Below, piece after piece: positions 9,870 through 18,299 of a stretch of 57,434 nucleotides of DNA. This DNA comes from an uncultured Candidatus Saccharibacteria bacterium. Its GTDB lineage: Bacteria; Patescibacteriota; Minisyncoccia; Phycocordibacterales; UBA1006. Position numbers and translations under genes: made by a program. The stretch covers positions 16,912 to 74,345 of the forward strand of contig CAZUIQ010000003.1 of the NCBI GenBank assembly GCA_964620085.1, read 5' to 3'. Numbering within the stretch: position 1 is the stretch's first letter; the number at the start of each line of letters is the position of its first letter. The notes beneath the pieces are model-generated. The model was not told where the DNA came from and made no database searches. It was given only the letters and a program-made list of their open reading frames with translations.

Positions 9870-10778
9870 CCAATAGCTTAGCACCACTCTCTGTCATATC
9901 ATCAAGATATGCCATATACCAACAACAAGAACATGCCCCGCATCAGAAGGGATGCGGTAGAGATGGTACGCAGAGGTGCTAGTGCCAGAAAGACAGGTAG
10001 GTACTTTGGATATCACCATACCGCCATCATGAAGTGGGTACGACTCTCAGAAAAGATTGGTAATCACCCCATTCCTACACGGTCTTCTCGACCAAAATCA
10101 CATCCCAAAAAACTACCGGGTAATATTGTAGACAAAATCATTGCTAAACGATTGGAACGTGGAAGATATGCAGAAGCGGTTCACAAAGAACTACAAAAAG
10201 ATGGGATCATTGTTTCTTTGTCATCAGTAAAACGAACCTTAGATCGAAATTTTCTCACCAAAAAGAAGAGTCCGTGGAAACGATTCCACCCACACCAAGA
10301 CCGTCCCAGAGCCTTGAAATCAGGTGATTTGGTACAGATTGACACCATTCATCGAATGATTAGTGAGAAGAAACGGTTGTATGTATTTGTACTCATCGAT
10401 GTATATTCGAGATGGATCTATGCAAAAGCATATGAAAAAATGAATGCAGCAACCACCCTTCGATTTGTGAAGGAGGCACAGCATCATGCACCGTTTCATT
10501 TCCAAATGTTACAAAGTGATCATGGACCAGAGTTTGGAAAATGGTTTGTCACAAGGGTTTCAAAAAACCATCGCTACACAAGAATTGGTAAGCCAAACGA
10601 CAATGCACATATTGAACGCGTAAACAGAACCATTCAAGAAGAGTGTTTAGACAAATTACCGAACGATGTAAAAAAGATTAATTGCGCTTTGAAGAAATAT
10701 CTGCGATATTACAACCATGACAGAGTTCATGGAGGGATTAATTATCTAACTCCTATGCAGGTGGTGTGAAGCTATTGG
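9870..10778 (+). mobile_element. compact IS481-like (IS3-superfamily DDE) insertion sequence, 909 bp
   Basis: Imperfect 18-bp terminal inverted repeats (16 of 18 positions match): CCAATAGCTTAGCACCAC at 9870..9887 and GTGGTGTGAAGCTATTGG at 10761..10778. They enclose a single transposase ORF. No clear target-site duplication was seen. Confidence 0.7.
9909..10769 (+). CDS. DDE transposase / integrase core domain (IS481-like)
   Basis: N-terminal HTH region, then QIDTIH, LIDVYSRW, LQSDHGPEF, NDNAHIERVNRTIQEE and YYNHDRVHGGINYLTP. Confidence 0.9.
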   Translation: MPYTNNKNMPRIRRDAVEMVRRGASARKTGRYFGYHHTAIMKWVRLSEKIGNHPIPTRSSRPKSHPKKLPGNIVDKIIAKRLERGRYAEAVHKELQKDGIIVSLSSVKRTLDRNFLTKKKSPWKRFHPHQDRPRALKSGDLVQIDTIHRMISEKKRLYVFVLIDVYSRWIYAKAYEKMNAATTLRFVKEAQHHAPFHFQMLQSDHGPEFGKWFVTRVSKNHRYTRIGKPNDNAHIERVNRTIQEECLDKLPNDVKKINCALKKYLRYYNHDRVHGGINYLTPMQVV

Positions 10779-10804
10779 TTAGGATACGCGGTTTGGCGGT
10801 GCTA

Positions 10805-11341
10805 TTATTTCTTCTCAAACACCATCACATTCGAAGTCCCCCCAAGAACCACAACGAGGTTACCTTCAGTATCCTTGGTGAGTCGTGTTGCTTGAGCAAG
10901 ACTACCAGTAAAATCAGCTTCCTGAGATCCTTCACAGTACATCATGGTACTCATAAACGGACCAAATGAAACAATTCCCTCAGAAGCTAGTTTGTATTCC
11001 CCACCGAATCCATTACAGTCTGTTGTTCCAGAAACATTCCCATCAGCACCAAAAGTTATTGAAAATTTTTCAGGATTTTTTGGTGTCGCAATAGCGTCAC
11101 CACCGATGATGTTGTGTTTCCATACCCAAGTCGTCCCGGCAAGCTCTGAACTCGGGATTGGTGGATTAGTATCAGCAGGCATTTTCCCCATCATACGATC
11201 TGAATCAGTGGGCATGGTTGCTGTGATATCAGAATTTGGTACTTGGCCTTGTGGTGCAGTATTTAAGGCACGAATACCGAAAAACAGCGCGATAGCAACG
11301 ATGATAATAATTGCAAATGAAATGGTTGTTTGTTTATTCAT
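10805..11341 (-). CDS. META domain (HslJ-like) membrane-anchored protein
   Basis: FSITFGADGNVSGTTDCNGFGGEY ... FGPFMSTMMYCEGSQ, preceded by an N-terminal TM helix. Confidence 0.8.
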   Translation of the reverse strand: MNKQTTISFAIIIIVAIALFFGIRALNTAPQGQVPNSDITATMPTDSDRMMGKMPADTNPPIPSSELAGTTWVWKHNIIGGDAIATPKNPEKFSITFGADGNVSGTTDCNGFGGEYKLASEGIVSFGPFMSTMMYCEGSQEADFTGSLAQATRLTKDTEGNLVVVLGGTSNVMVFEKK

Positions 11342-11359
11342 ATGAATAAGTATACCATA

Positions 11360-11833
11360 TTAGTTTTTAAATGAATTACCTAGTTCCATCAGCTCCTTGA
11401 AGTGTTTCTCTGACACAGGCTGAATAGATAGTCGTGAGCCTTTCTGGGTGAGTATCATTCCTGACAGACTTGGTTCGAACTTTATCTGTTCAAGAGTTAT
11501 AGGTACTTTAAATTTTTTTACGAATGTAATATCTACACATTCCCAGATTGGTTTTTCGCGAGTCGCTTTTGGATCATAATGATCATCTTTCTTATCAAAC
11601 TGAGTTTCATCTGGATGGACTTGTGCAGATACTTTTGCAAGTCCGTAAATTCCAGCGGGATCTTTAGGTGTTCCATTTGAATGATAGAAAAAAACCTGAT
11701 CATTTTTTTTCATGTCACGCATAAAATTGCGTGCTTGATAATTGCGCACACCGGTCCATGATGTCTTCTTGTCTTGTTTTAAATCATCTATTGAATAACA
11801 AGATCCTTCAGATTTTACGAGCCAATAATTCAT
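11360..11833 (-). CDS. EVE domain (PUA-like) protein
   Basis: MNYWLVKSEGSCYSIDDLKQDKKTSWTGVRNYQARNFMRDMKKNDQVFFYHSN. Confidence 0.85.
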   Translation of the reverse strand: MNYWLVKSEGSCYSIDDLKQDKKTSWTGVRNYQARNFMRDMKKNDQVFFYHSNGTPKDPAGIYGLAKVSAQVHPDETQFDKKDDHYDPKATREKPIWECVDITFVKKFKVPITLEQIKFEPSLSGMILTQKGSRLSIQPVSEKHFKELMELGNSFKN

Positions 11834-11839
11834 AGTGTT

Positions 11840-12373
11840 CTAATTTACTCCTTTACATGTTACTCGTGCATAATGCAACAAGTGATGTTCCTTGCTCGTA
11901 TCAGGAAACAATCCATCCTTATATTTATCAATCAACGGATACTGCAACTTATCAATTCCTGTGAGACTTGGTTTATAAATTTCTTGCTCGGTATTTTGTG
12001 AACCTTCAACCGTGTAGGCAAAAGCCACAGTAATCGTATCATCTGCAAGACTTCCCGTGAGGATTCCTTCCCATCCATTGCTTAACTCTGGGCCTGATTG
12101 GGTGCCATATTTGGTTCCTGTAACCTTGGTCCCTGTAATGGTCATATTGATAAATTCAGTCGAGGTCACAGGTTCTTCCTTGGTGGCTTCGTGCGAATAG
12201 GTATAACACTGTTGCCCATCGGCGAACGTGATAGGTTGCTGAATAGGTTCAGTTACAATCGGATCAGGAACGACATCGGTGGTTTTTTTATGAGATTGAA
12301 TAATGAAATAAGTTCCCACGGCAATGATGGTAATCGCAGCGACAGTCAGACTGATGATGAGTGGTTTTTTCAT
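11840..12373 (-). CDS. membrane-anchored secreted protein, paralogue family A
   Basis: Likely start MKKPLIISLTV at 12373. QCYTYSHEATKEEP...TGTKYGTQSGPELSNGWEGILTG...VAFAYTVEGS...EQEIY aligns along its length with 5296..5796. Confidence 0.6.
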   Translation of the reverse strand: MKKPLIISLTVAAITIIAVGTYFIIQSHKKTTDVVPDPIVTEPIQQPITFADGQQCYTYSHEATKEEPVTSTEFINMTITGTKVTGTKYGTQSGPELSNGWEGILTGSLADDTITVAFAYTVEGSQNTEQEIYKPSLTGIDKLQYPLIDKYKDGLFPDTSKEHHLLHYARVTCKGVN

Positions 12374-12429
12374 AGGGTAAGTATACCACAACCAAAAAGA
12401 ACCCTTTCGGGCTCCTTTTAAATTTCATA

Positions 12430-12723
12430 TTAATTACGCTTGCGTAAAAACTCAGTGCGTAAAATAATTCCCTTCATATTGTCATATCGACATTCTACTT
12501 CCTCTACATCACCCGTAAGTTTAATACCTTTGATCACAGTTCCCTTCTTGATCGTCAGTTTTGTCCCACCTACTTTTAAGTCTTTGATGACAGAAACTTC
12601 GTCACCTGATGCGAGTAGTTTCCCTTCGCAGTCTACGCAGGTTTCTGTGTCGGTGTCCTCGTCGTCATCTTCCTTGTCGTCTGCATTGTCTCGTGCATCG
12701 TAGTCGGTTGTCATAATATACAT
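12430..12723 (-). CDS. PhnA/YjdM-family protein (C-terminal domain type) with an acidic N-terminus
   Basis: CVDCEGKLLASGDEVSVIKDLKVGGTKLTIKKGTVIKGIKLTGD...ILRTEFLRK matches the PhnA C-terminal domain pattern. Confidence 0.75.
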   Translation of the reverse strand: MYIMTTDYDARDNADDKEDDDEDTDTETCVDCEGKLLASGDEVSVIKDLKVGGTKLTIKKGTVIKGIKLTGDVEEVECRYDNMKGIILRTEFLRKRN

Positions 12724-12737
12724 TAAATTAATTATTA

Positions 12738-13346
12738 TTAAATAGTTTTAAAGGTAATGGTTGAGGGTAATGTAAATACTGAAACGTCAGTCGTCCATGC
12801 CTTGCAGTCATAATCCCCGATCATGTCACTATTCCAAGAAAAGGTTCCTTGAGGTGTGGTCCCACCCGCAGAAGTCTTCCCTGTGGTATCTGTTGCAACA
12901 GGAACTTTGTATCCAGTAGACATCATATTGGTCCACGTATATGCAAATCCATCACGTACAATTACTGAAGTGTCAATACTCATTCCTTGCACCTTTACGT
13001 TGTAATTCCCACGAATGTTTCCAGCTGAAATGTAAACAGTGCCTTTGGTGGTAGAAGTATAACTTGAATCGATATATTGGTTCACGGTACATTGATACGA
13101 TCCTCCTTGTTTTGCAAAATCCATAAACGCCATTTTCTTGCCTTCTGGTGTAAGTGCAGACGAGGTATCAGACGTAGTGGTTGTGGTGTCAGGAGTCTGT
13201 ACCCCGTCTGACATTTGGGTTGTGGTCATACCTGCCTCTCCAGGCGCCTTGTCTTTGGGACGAGTTGCTACAAAAGTAACAATAATTCCAGCGACGATAA
13301 TAATACCTATTAATGAAAAGATGCTTGTTTTTGTCATATGGAGCAA
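12738..13346 (-). CDS. membrane-anchored secreted hypothetical protein with a Thr-rich linker
   Basis: TM helix IFSLIGIIIVAGIIVTFV followed by TPDTTTTTSDTSS. The start could instead be the second Met at 13337. Confidence 0.55.
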   Translation of the reverse strand: MLHMTKTSIFSLIGIIIVAGIIVTFVATRPKDKAPGEAGMTTTQMSDGVQTPDTTTTTSDTSSALTPEGKKMAFMDFAKQGGSYQCTVNQYIDSSYTSTTKGTVYISAGNIRGNYNVKVQGMSIDTSVIVRDGFAYTWTNMMSTGYKVPVATDTTGKTSAGGTTPQGTFSWNSDMIGDYDCKAWTTDVSVFTLPSTITFKTI

Positions 13347-13388
13347 GTATACCAGATTTTAAATAAGAAAGAATTCTTGTTTTTTATG

Positions 13389-13425
13389 TAAATAAAAAGG
13401 GCTCTACCAAGTATCGGTAGAACCC
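13389..13425 (-). terminator. rho-independent terminator at the 3' end of a long structured intergenic region
   Basis: The minus strand reads GGGTTCTACC-gatactt-GGTAGAGCCC then TTTTTATTT. The single non-Watson-Crick pair is G-U only on the minus strand. Confidence 0.65.
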
Positions 13426-13657
13426 TTAGATTGATTGAACACATCAAGAAGAGATGTGCGTTACTTCACGGCATGAGGAGTAACTTCTTTGGTGCCTTGC
13501 TTATAAGGCTGTGATAACTTTTTTCGCCCTATTGAGACTTGCTTTCGCTATCATCACCCAAAGCACTTTCATTCAGGTACAATCTTATTACTAGGTTAGC
13601 ATTTTTTATGAAAAAATCAACCCATGGTATGAGTCAATATTTTGTCGGGTTCTTTGT

Positions 13658-14407
13658 TTATTTACGCTCAAGATAAATATGAAAATCTAGATGCTCCTCT
13701 TTCTTTTCTAAATATTCTTTAATCAATTCATCTATATTACAATCTTCAAGTATCTTACCATTGGATGGATTGAGAGCTGCCTTTGGTACAAAACCTAAAC
13801 GAAAAAATAATTTCAAAAGCGAAAGACTAGGTGCTTCTTCTTGTTTTATCTCACCAAAGATTTTTTCTTGAAGCCTATAGAGTCCATAACCTAGTCCGGT
13901 ACCTCTCTGCTGCGATGAGACCCATAGGCCATTATGAGGAGTATCACCTTTATTCCCGAAACGACTCATAATACCGCCAGATGACCAAGTTATTCCAGTT
14001 ACTCTTTCTTTCTGAGACTCCCCAACTAAATTATCGATAGCGTTTTTTGCGGCATAGGGAATGTTTTCTTCATCAAACTCTTCATTAAATGAAGAGTAGG
14101 GATCAAAAGTGACACAGTGTCCCGATTCACCACCAGAGTCAATAGTAACGTCTAGTTCTTGCCCAGAAAAATACTTCATAACAAATTTATTCATAATTAT
14201 TCCCAAAGGAAATTCATTCCTATTTTTCATGCACTCTTTAAATGATTCCAGAGAATCAATCTTCACATAGTTCAATATGTTATTAATAGCTTGTTGAATT
14301 TCAGGTTCGAATTTTTTCTCAAGCTCTGCCCCTTCTGTTCGGTACTGCAAAAGAACCTTTTCAAGGATAAAGCTGTTTTGTTTAAATAAGGAGTTTTCGT
14401 TGATCAT
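13658..14407 (-). CDS. putative GNAT-like acetyltransferase (tentative)
   Basis: The C-terminal half has a Q/RxxGxG-type motif in VSSQQRGTGLGYGLY. The rest is unassigned. Confidence 0.45.
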   Translation of the reverse strand: MINENSLFKQNSFILEKVLLQYRTEGAELEKKFEPEIQQAINNILNYVKIDSLESFKECMKNRNEFPLGIIMNKFVMKYFSGQELDVTIDSGGESGHCVTFDPYSSFNEEFDEENIPYAAKNAIDNLVGESQKERVTGITWSSGGIMSRFGNKGDTPHNGLWVSSQQRGTGLGYGLYRLQEKIFGEIKQEEAPSLSLLKLFFRLGFVPKAALNPSNGKILEDCNIDELIKEYLEKKEEHLDFHIYLERK

Positions 14408-14513
14408 ATTGCAAGGATTATATAATAAAAGTTAAAATCATGCATATTTATTCCCCCAAAATGTCCACACCACCTCATCTAAGGATCGATACATCTTCCC
14501 TGTTTATTTTTCA

Positions 14514-14546
14514 ATAAAAAAAACCACACAGCGCAATGCTATGTGG
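14514..14546 (-). terminator. rho-independent terminator
   Basis: The minus strand reads CCACATAGC-attgc-GCTGTGTGG then TTTTTTTT. Confidence 0.6.
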
Positions 14547-14573
14547 CTTAACTTCTTTAAAAATAATTCTTGG

Positions 14574-15209
14574 TTAGCGAGCCTCTCCATTCTTCAATTT
14601 AGGAAGCGGTCTGGAACCTGCATACTGGTTTATGATTACCCAAGTGGTCAAAATTCCTGCAAGTAGTGCCATCACTACGAGTAGTAATAGAATCATCCCG
14701 CCCTTGTCCTTACCTCCTTTGCCTCCAAAGAATCCTTTAACAGATCTCAGAGCTTCAGGTATGCCTTCTATGGCCCTATACGTGTTATGCACTTGGGCAA
14801 ACGTATTCCATCCCGCAATGCCTGCACTTGGTAAATCTCTATGTCTCCATGCCTCAATCAATGAATTGATCCAGATCATAAGACCACTGATTAATACCCC
14901 AGGAATGATAATGAGATATCCTAATGAAAATCCTGCCTGAATCGACTCGATTGTAATCACCGGAGGCTGTCCTGGATCCAAAAAAGAATCCTGGGTATAA
15001 AAGCCACCGATCAGAAATACAAATAAATACGTCCAGGTAAAACCTGATGCAGACATCACCGCACCTGCCCATGCCATAACTCGTTGCCAACCGCCAATGT
15101 GCTTTACTTCAACCCATACCAGTCCTACAGTCCTGGCATTTAGCCAAGAAATAAAGGTATTGAATCCAAGAATCAAAATAATAATAAATAAAGAACCTAC
15201 ACTTTCCAT
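14574..15209 (-). CDS. polytopic membrane protein, hypothetical (211 aa)
   Basis: Several hydrophobic helices. No family recognised. Confidence 0.5.
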   Translation of the reverse strand: MESVGSLFIIILILGFNTFISWLNARTVGLVWVEVKHIGGWQRVMAWAGAVMSASGFTWTYLFVFLIGGFYTQDSFLDPGQPPVITIESIQAGFSLGYLIIIPGVLISGLMIWINSLIEAWRHRDLPSAGIAGWNTFAQVHNTYRAIEGIPEALRSVKGFFGGKGGKDKGGMILLLLVVMALLAGILTTWVIINQYAGSRPLPKLKNGEAR

Positions 15210-15280
15210 GATGAGATGGTTTGTTTGTGATTGTAATATTAGTGGTATTATAGCACCTTTTTTGTTTTAAGTCAAGCCGT

Positions 15281-15664
15281 TTAATTGAGAAAGAAAACCA
15301 CGAGCACTGCCATTGCAAACATTGCCATCGCAGGCACCATCTTGATAAATGGATCACGTACTTTGATGTGCATAGAAACCGCTCCGATCATGAGGACTGC
15401 AAGCACTGTAGCTGCAGGCGCTATTACTACTGGAATCCAGAGTCCAATAACCAAAAGTGCGGCAATGATCATTTTTGCCGTTCCAATGAGGTACATAAAC
15501 CATGTTGGTAATCCATACGCACGGAATTCTTGGTCCATATTCGCGGCACCTTTGCCTCGGTATTTGGTTGGTTTGCGAAATCGCACAAGCCAGACGTTAA
15601 CGAGTCCGATAGCGAGGATAATTTGTAAAATACTTACGATGTAGAGTTCTGTAATGAAGTTCAT
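15281..15664 (-). CDS. DoxX-like small membrane protein (tentative)
   Basis: Four predicted TM helices, 127 aa, with overall DoxX-like topology. Confidence 0.5.
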   Translation of the reverse strand: MNFITELYIVSILQIILAIGLVNVWLVRFRKPTKYRGKGAANMDQEFRAYGLPTWFMYLIGTAKMIIAALLVIGLWIPVVIAPAATVLAVLMIGAVSMHIKVRDPFIKMVPAMAMFAMAVLVVFFLN

Positions 15665-15682
15665 AGGGATGTATTAATTTAT

Positions 15683-17185
15683 TTATAATGTTGTTGCTCC
15701 ACACGAATTATTCAACAATCCTCGTGTAATAGGTCCTACCATTCCATCAGCATCAGTCTTCAAAAAGATTTGCATGCGCTTGATAGCGCTATCAGTAATA
15801 GGTCCAAGGATTCCATCAACAGTCCCTGCATTAAATCCAAGTCGGTTCAAGTGATCCTGTAAAATTTTTACTTCGGTTACGATTGCTTGAGTATACGGAT
15901 GATAGCTACCATTTTGCGCTCCTGTTCGCAGATTCTGCGTAAGCAGCTGATTTGCAGAACATATTCCTTCCTCGCCAAGTGATGGAGCAGTTGATGGGTT
16001 CGTCGTAGATGGCGCATCATTGGCAAGCGTGATGCCCATACTTGCTAAATATGCAGGCGATGCCATTCCGCTCACTGATGTGCGGCGACGTGTTGGTGTA
16101 GGATCTGGTTCAGGGTCTTCTGTTGGTGCAGCGGTAGTAAAATTCCATGCGGTACTCGAAGAAATTCCTGGATACGTATTTCCTACATTGTCTTCAAAAG
16201 CTCCTTCGGAAATAAGGACATAGTATTCTGTTCCTTCTTCAAAATCCGCAGTTGGATTAATAGTCATAACATCGTCTGCTTTGGTAACTTGCAGAGACGT
16301 AACATCAATCGTTTCAACAAGAGAATCATCATCTGCTTTGTAAATTGAAACGGTTCCCGTTGCAGGAATTACTTCCGCGGTGCTAAACGTCATTTCTAAA
16401 TTACTATCCACTGCAACATCGCTTGCATTATCAGTAGGACTCAGGGTTGCACTAATGGTTCCCAGTGATTCGTTCGAGTTTTGATTTGCTTCCTCTGAAG
16501 TGATAGCTCTGCTATAAATACGAACGTCTTTTACATCTCCCTTGAACCATCCGTGATTATTATCGCAACCTGGTGCGTTTACTCCGGCAAATACATACAC
16601 ATCCTGGTCAGCTGCAGTAAAGTTGCTCATAGGTGCAGAACTTACCAATGCTCCGTTTACATATAATTCCATTTCTTGAGTTTCTGGGCTCCAGGTATTT
16701 GCAATGCTGTACCATTCCCCTGGTGTAGCTACAGTGGGGTCAAGTGCGGTCACCGGTCCATCATTCCAACCAATGGCACGGAAATGACCATCTTCAACAT
16801 GTAACATGGCAATACACCATCCGCTTCCACCTGCTCCACTTGAAATATGAATAATGTTTCCATTTTCCTCGGCATCGGGAAGGCGTACTGATGCTGATAG
16901 TGTATATCCTTGATCAGAAACTCCCATAGAGTCACTGAGTGGCGAATTCGTTCGTGCGTAATCATTAATTCCGTCAAAGGTAAGTCCTCCTTCTGGAATC
17001 CATGTTGGTCCACCCGTTAATGTTCCTGGATATCCTGAAGTAGTTCCCACATCGGTTCCAGTTCCTTCATCAAAGGGCCAGTAGAATTTTAGAGTTGGAT
17101 CAACGGCATAAGCAGTAAATGAATTACCTATCACTAATGCGGTTACTAAAAATAACGAGAAAATAACGCGTGTGCTTTTGATCAT
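15683..17185 (-). CDS. secreted LamG (concanavalin-like) / Ig-like / peptidoglycan-binding domain protein
   Basis: Signal peptide. The LamG-type region ends ...WFKGDVKDVRIYSRAIT. An Ig-like segment reads LSPTDNASDVAVDSNLEMTF...YYVLISEGAFED. A PEPDPTP linker precedes the PG_binding_1-type C-terminus VKILQDHLNRLGFNAGTVDGILGPITDSAIKRMQ. Confidence 0.8.
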   Translation of the reverse strand: MIKSTRVIFSLFLVTALVIGNSFTAYAVDPTLKFYWPFDEGTGTDVGTTSGYPGTLTGGPTWIPEGGLTFDGINDYARTNSPLSDSMGVSDQGYTLSASVRLPDAEENGNIIHISSGAGGSGWCIAMLHVEDGHFRAIGWNDGPVTALDPTVATPGEWYSIANTWSPETQEMELYVNGALVSSAPMSNFTAADQDVYVFAGVNAPGCDNNHGWFKGDVKDVRIYSRAITSEEANQNSNESLGTISATLSPTDNASDVAVDSNLEMTFSTAEVIPATGTVSIYKADDDSLVETIDVTSLQVTKADDVMTINPTADFEEGTEYYVLISEGAFEDNVGNTYPGISSSTAWNFTTAAPTEDPEPDPTPTRRRTSVSGMASPAYLASMGITLANDAPSTTNPSTAPSLGEEGICSANQLLTQNLRTGAQNGSYHPYTQAIVTEVKILQDHLNRLGFNAGTVDGILGPITDSAIKRMQIFLKTDADGMVGPITRGLLNNSCGATTL

Positions 17186-17234
17186 TATGAAATTATATCA
17201 TAGCCGAGGTATTCGTCACAATAAAAAACACCTT

Positions 17235-17477
17235 TTACAAAGTGTTTTTCGAATTTTCTTCAAGCGCCATTTGATGCTGTACTGTCGCAATATAGAGCTC
17301 TTCTACTTTCAATCTTGCCCAAGGCGTTTTGCGCAAGAATATGAGGCTCGATTTAATACTTGGATCAGTTGTAAAACACTTAATCTTGATATCTTGACCC
17401 AATGTTTCCCATCCGTAATACGCCACAAGTTCGTTGAGGATGTTTTCGAGGGTTTTGTTTTGGAGTGGGTTGGGCAT
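17235..17477 (-). CDS. DUF2132 (VF530-like) small protein
   Basis: LVAYYGWETLGQDIKIKCFTTDPSIKSSLIFLRKTPWARLKVEELY. Confidence 0.8.
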   Translation of the reverse strand: MPNPLQNKTLENILNELVAYYGWETLGQDIKIKCFTTDPSIKSSLIFLRKTPWARLKVEELYIATVQHQMALEENSKNTL

Positions 17478-17479
17478 GG

Positions 17480-18046
17480 TTATTCTATATTGTCTTGGTG
17501 ATTAAGTTGATATTCCCAAATAAGTTTAATAAGTCTTTTTAATTCCAGGTCAAATTTCACAAGAGACAATTCTGGTTGAAGGTGAATTCTTTTACGTAAA
17601 TTAAACTTTGCATGAACCACAAACTCATGCCAGTTTTTCAATTCGAGTCTGAATATTTCCAGTTGAGACTGGACTATAGGAATATTTTCAAAGTAGATAT
17701 CCATTTTCGATTTTATCTTAATATTAAGTGCTGGTATCTCATCGTTTACCTTGTTAGAGAAATCAGGAAGTTCTAACTTTATATCATTTTCAAAAAAATC
17801 TCTATCAGATCGATCTGTTTTAATATAGGTATGAGCAATACGATCAATAATTAGTAAAACATAATGACTCTTCTCTTGTAAAAGAATGAGATCATCAATA
17901 ATGTCTTTCTTAATCTCAGTATCACGATCTATGTCTTTCTGTTTAGAATATTCAGTTGTTGCAAGATATGCAGCAAGAATTACCCCTGCAATAGCAGCGA
18001 AAGTAGCATTATTTGTTATTTGGTATAGATAATTACAATCAAGCAT
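17480..18046 (-). CDS. hypothetical protein with one N-terminal TM helix (188 aa)
   Basis: TFAAIAGVILAAYLATT followed by a helical, charged body. It is divergent from the RT locus. The sequence is AT-rich. Confidence 0.5.
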   Translation of the reverse strand: MLDCNYLYQITNNATFAAIAGVILAAYLATTEYSKQKDIDRDTEIKKDIIDDLILLQEKSHYVLLIIDRIAHTYIKTDRSDRDFFENDIKLELPDFSNKVNDEIPALNIKIKSKMDIYFENIPIVQSQLEIFRLELKNWHEFVVHAKFNLRKRIHLQPELSLVKFDLELKRLIKLIWEYQLNHQDNIE

Positions 18047-18266
18047 ATATTCATATAATTACACCAACCCACCTCGAAACGCATCCATCAGATAGGTTTT
18101 TTTAAGTCTTCCGCAGTAGTCGAAACGGATGCCTAATTAAGGATCAGCTGGATAGCCATATTGTTATTATAGCATTATTCTTAAAAGAGAAATAAATACA
18201 TACTATATTCGTGCACCCTCCCAGCAGCTATCCACAGGTAATCCTCAGAAAATAAGATCCTGGTAT

Positions 18267-18294
18267 TTGTTAAAAAATCAAAACTGTTTATAAT
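18267..18294 (+). promoter_or_regulatory. sigma70-type promoter in the RT upstream region
   Basis: TTGTTA at 18267..18272, a 16-nt spacer, then TATAAT at 18289..18294. Confidence 0.5.
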
Positions 18295-18299
18295 GTCTG

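Noticed and set aside
9733-9915. 60-aa minus-strand ORF spanning the repeat copy B and the IS end.
   Set aside because: It crosses the IS inverted repeat, the terminator hairpin and the promoter of the 9141..9791 gene, so it is almost certainly spurious.
13397-13440. CTAAGGGTTCTACC resembles the CTAGGGTTCCG core of the ykkC/guanidine-I riboswitch.
   Set aside because: The segment is simply the 5' arm of the terminator stem. The other conserved ykkC blocks (GGTCCGAGAG and ACGGCGGGA) are absent.
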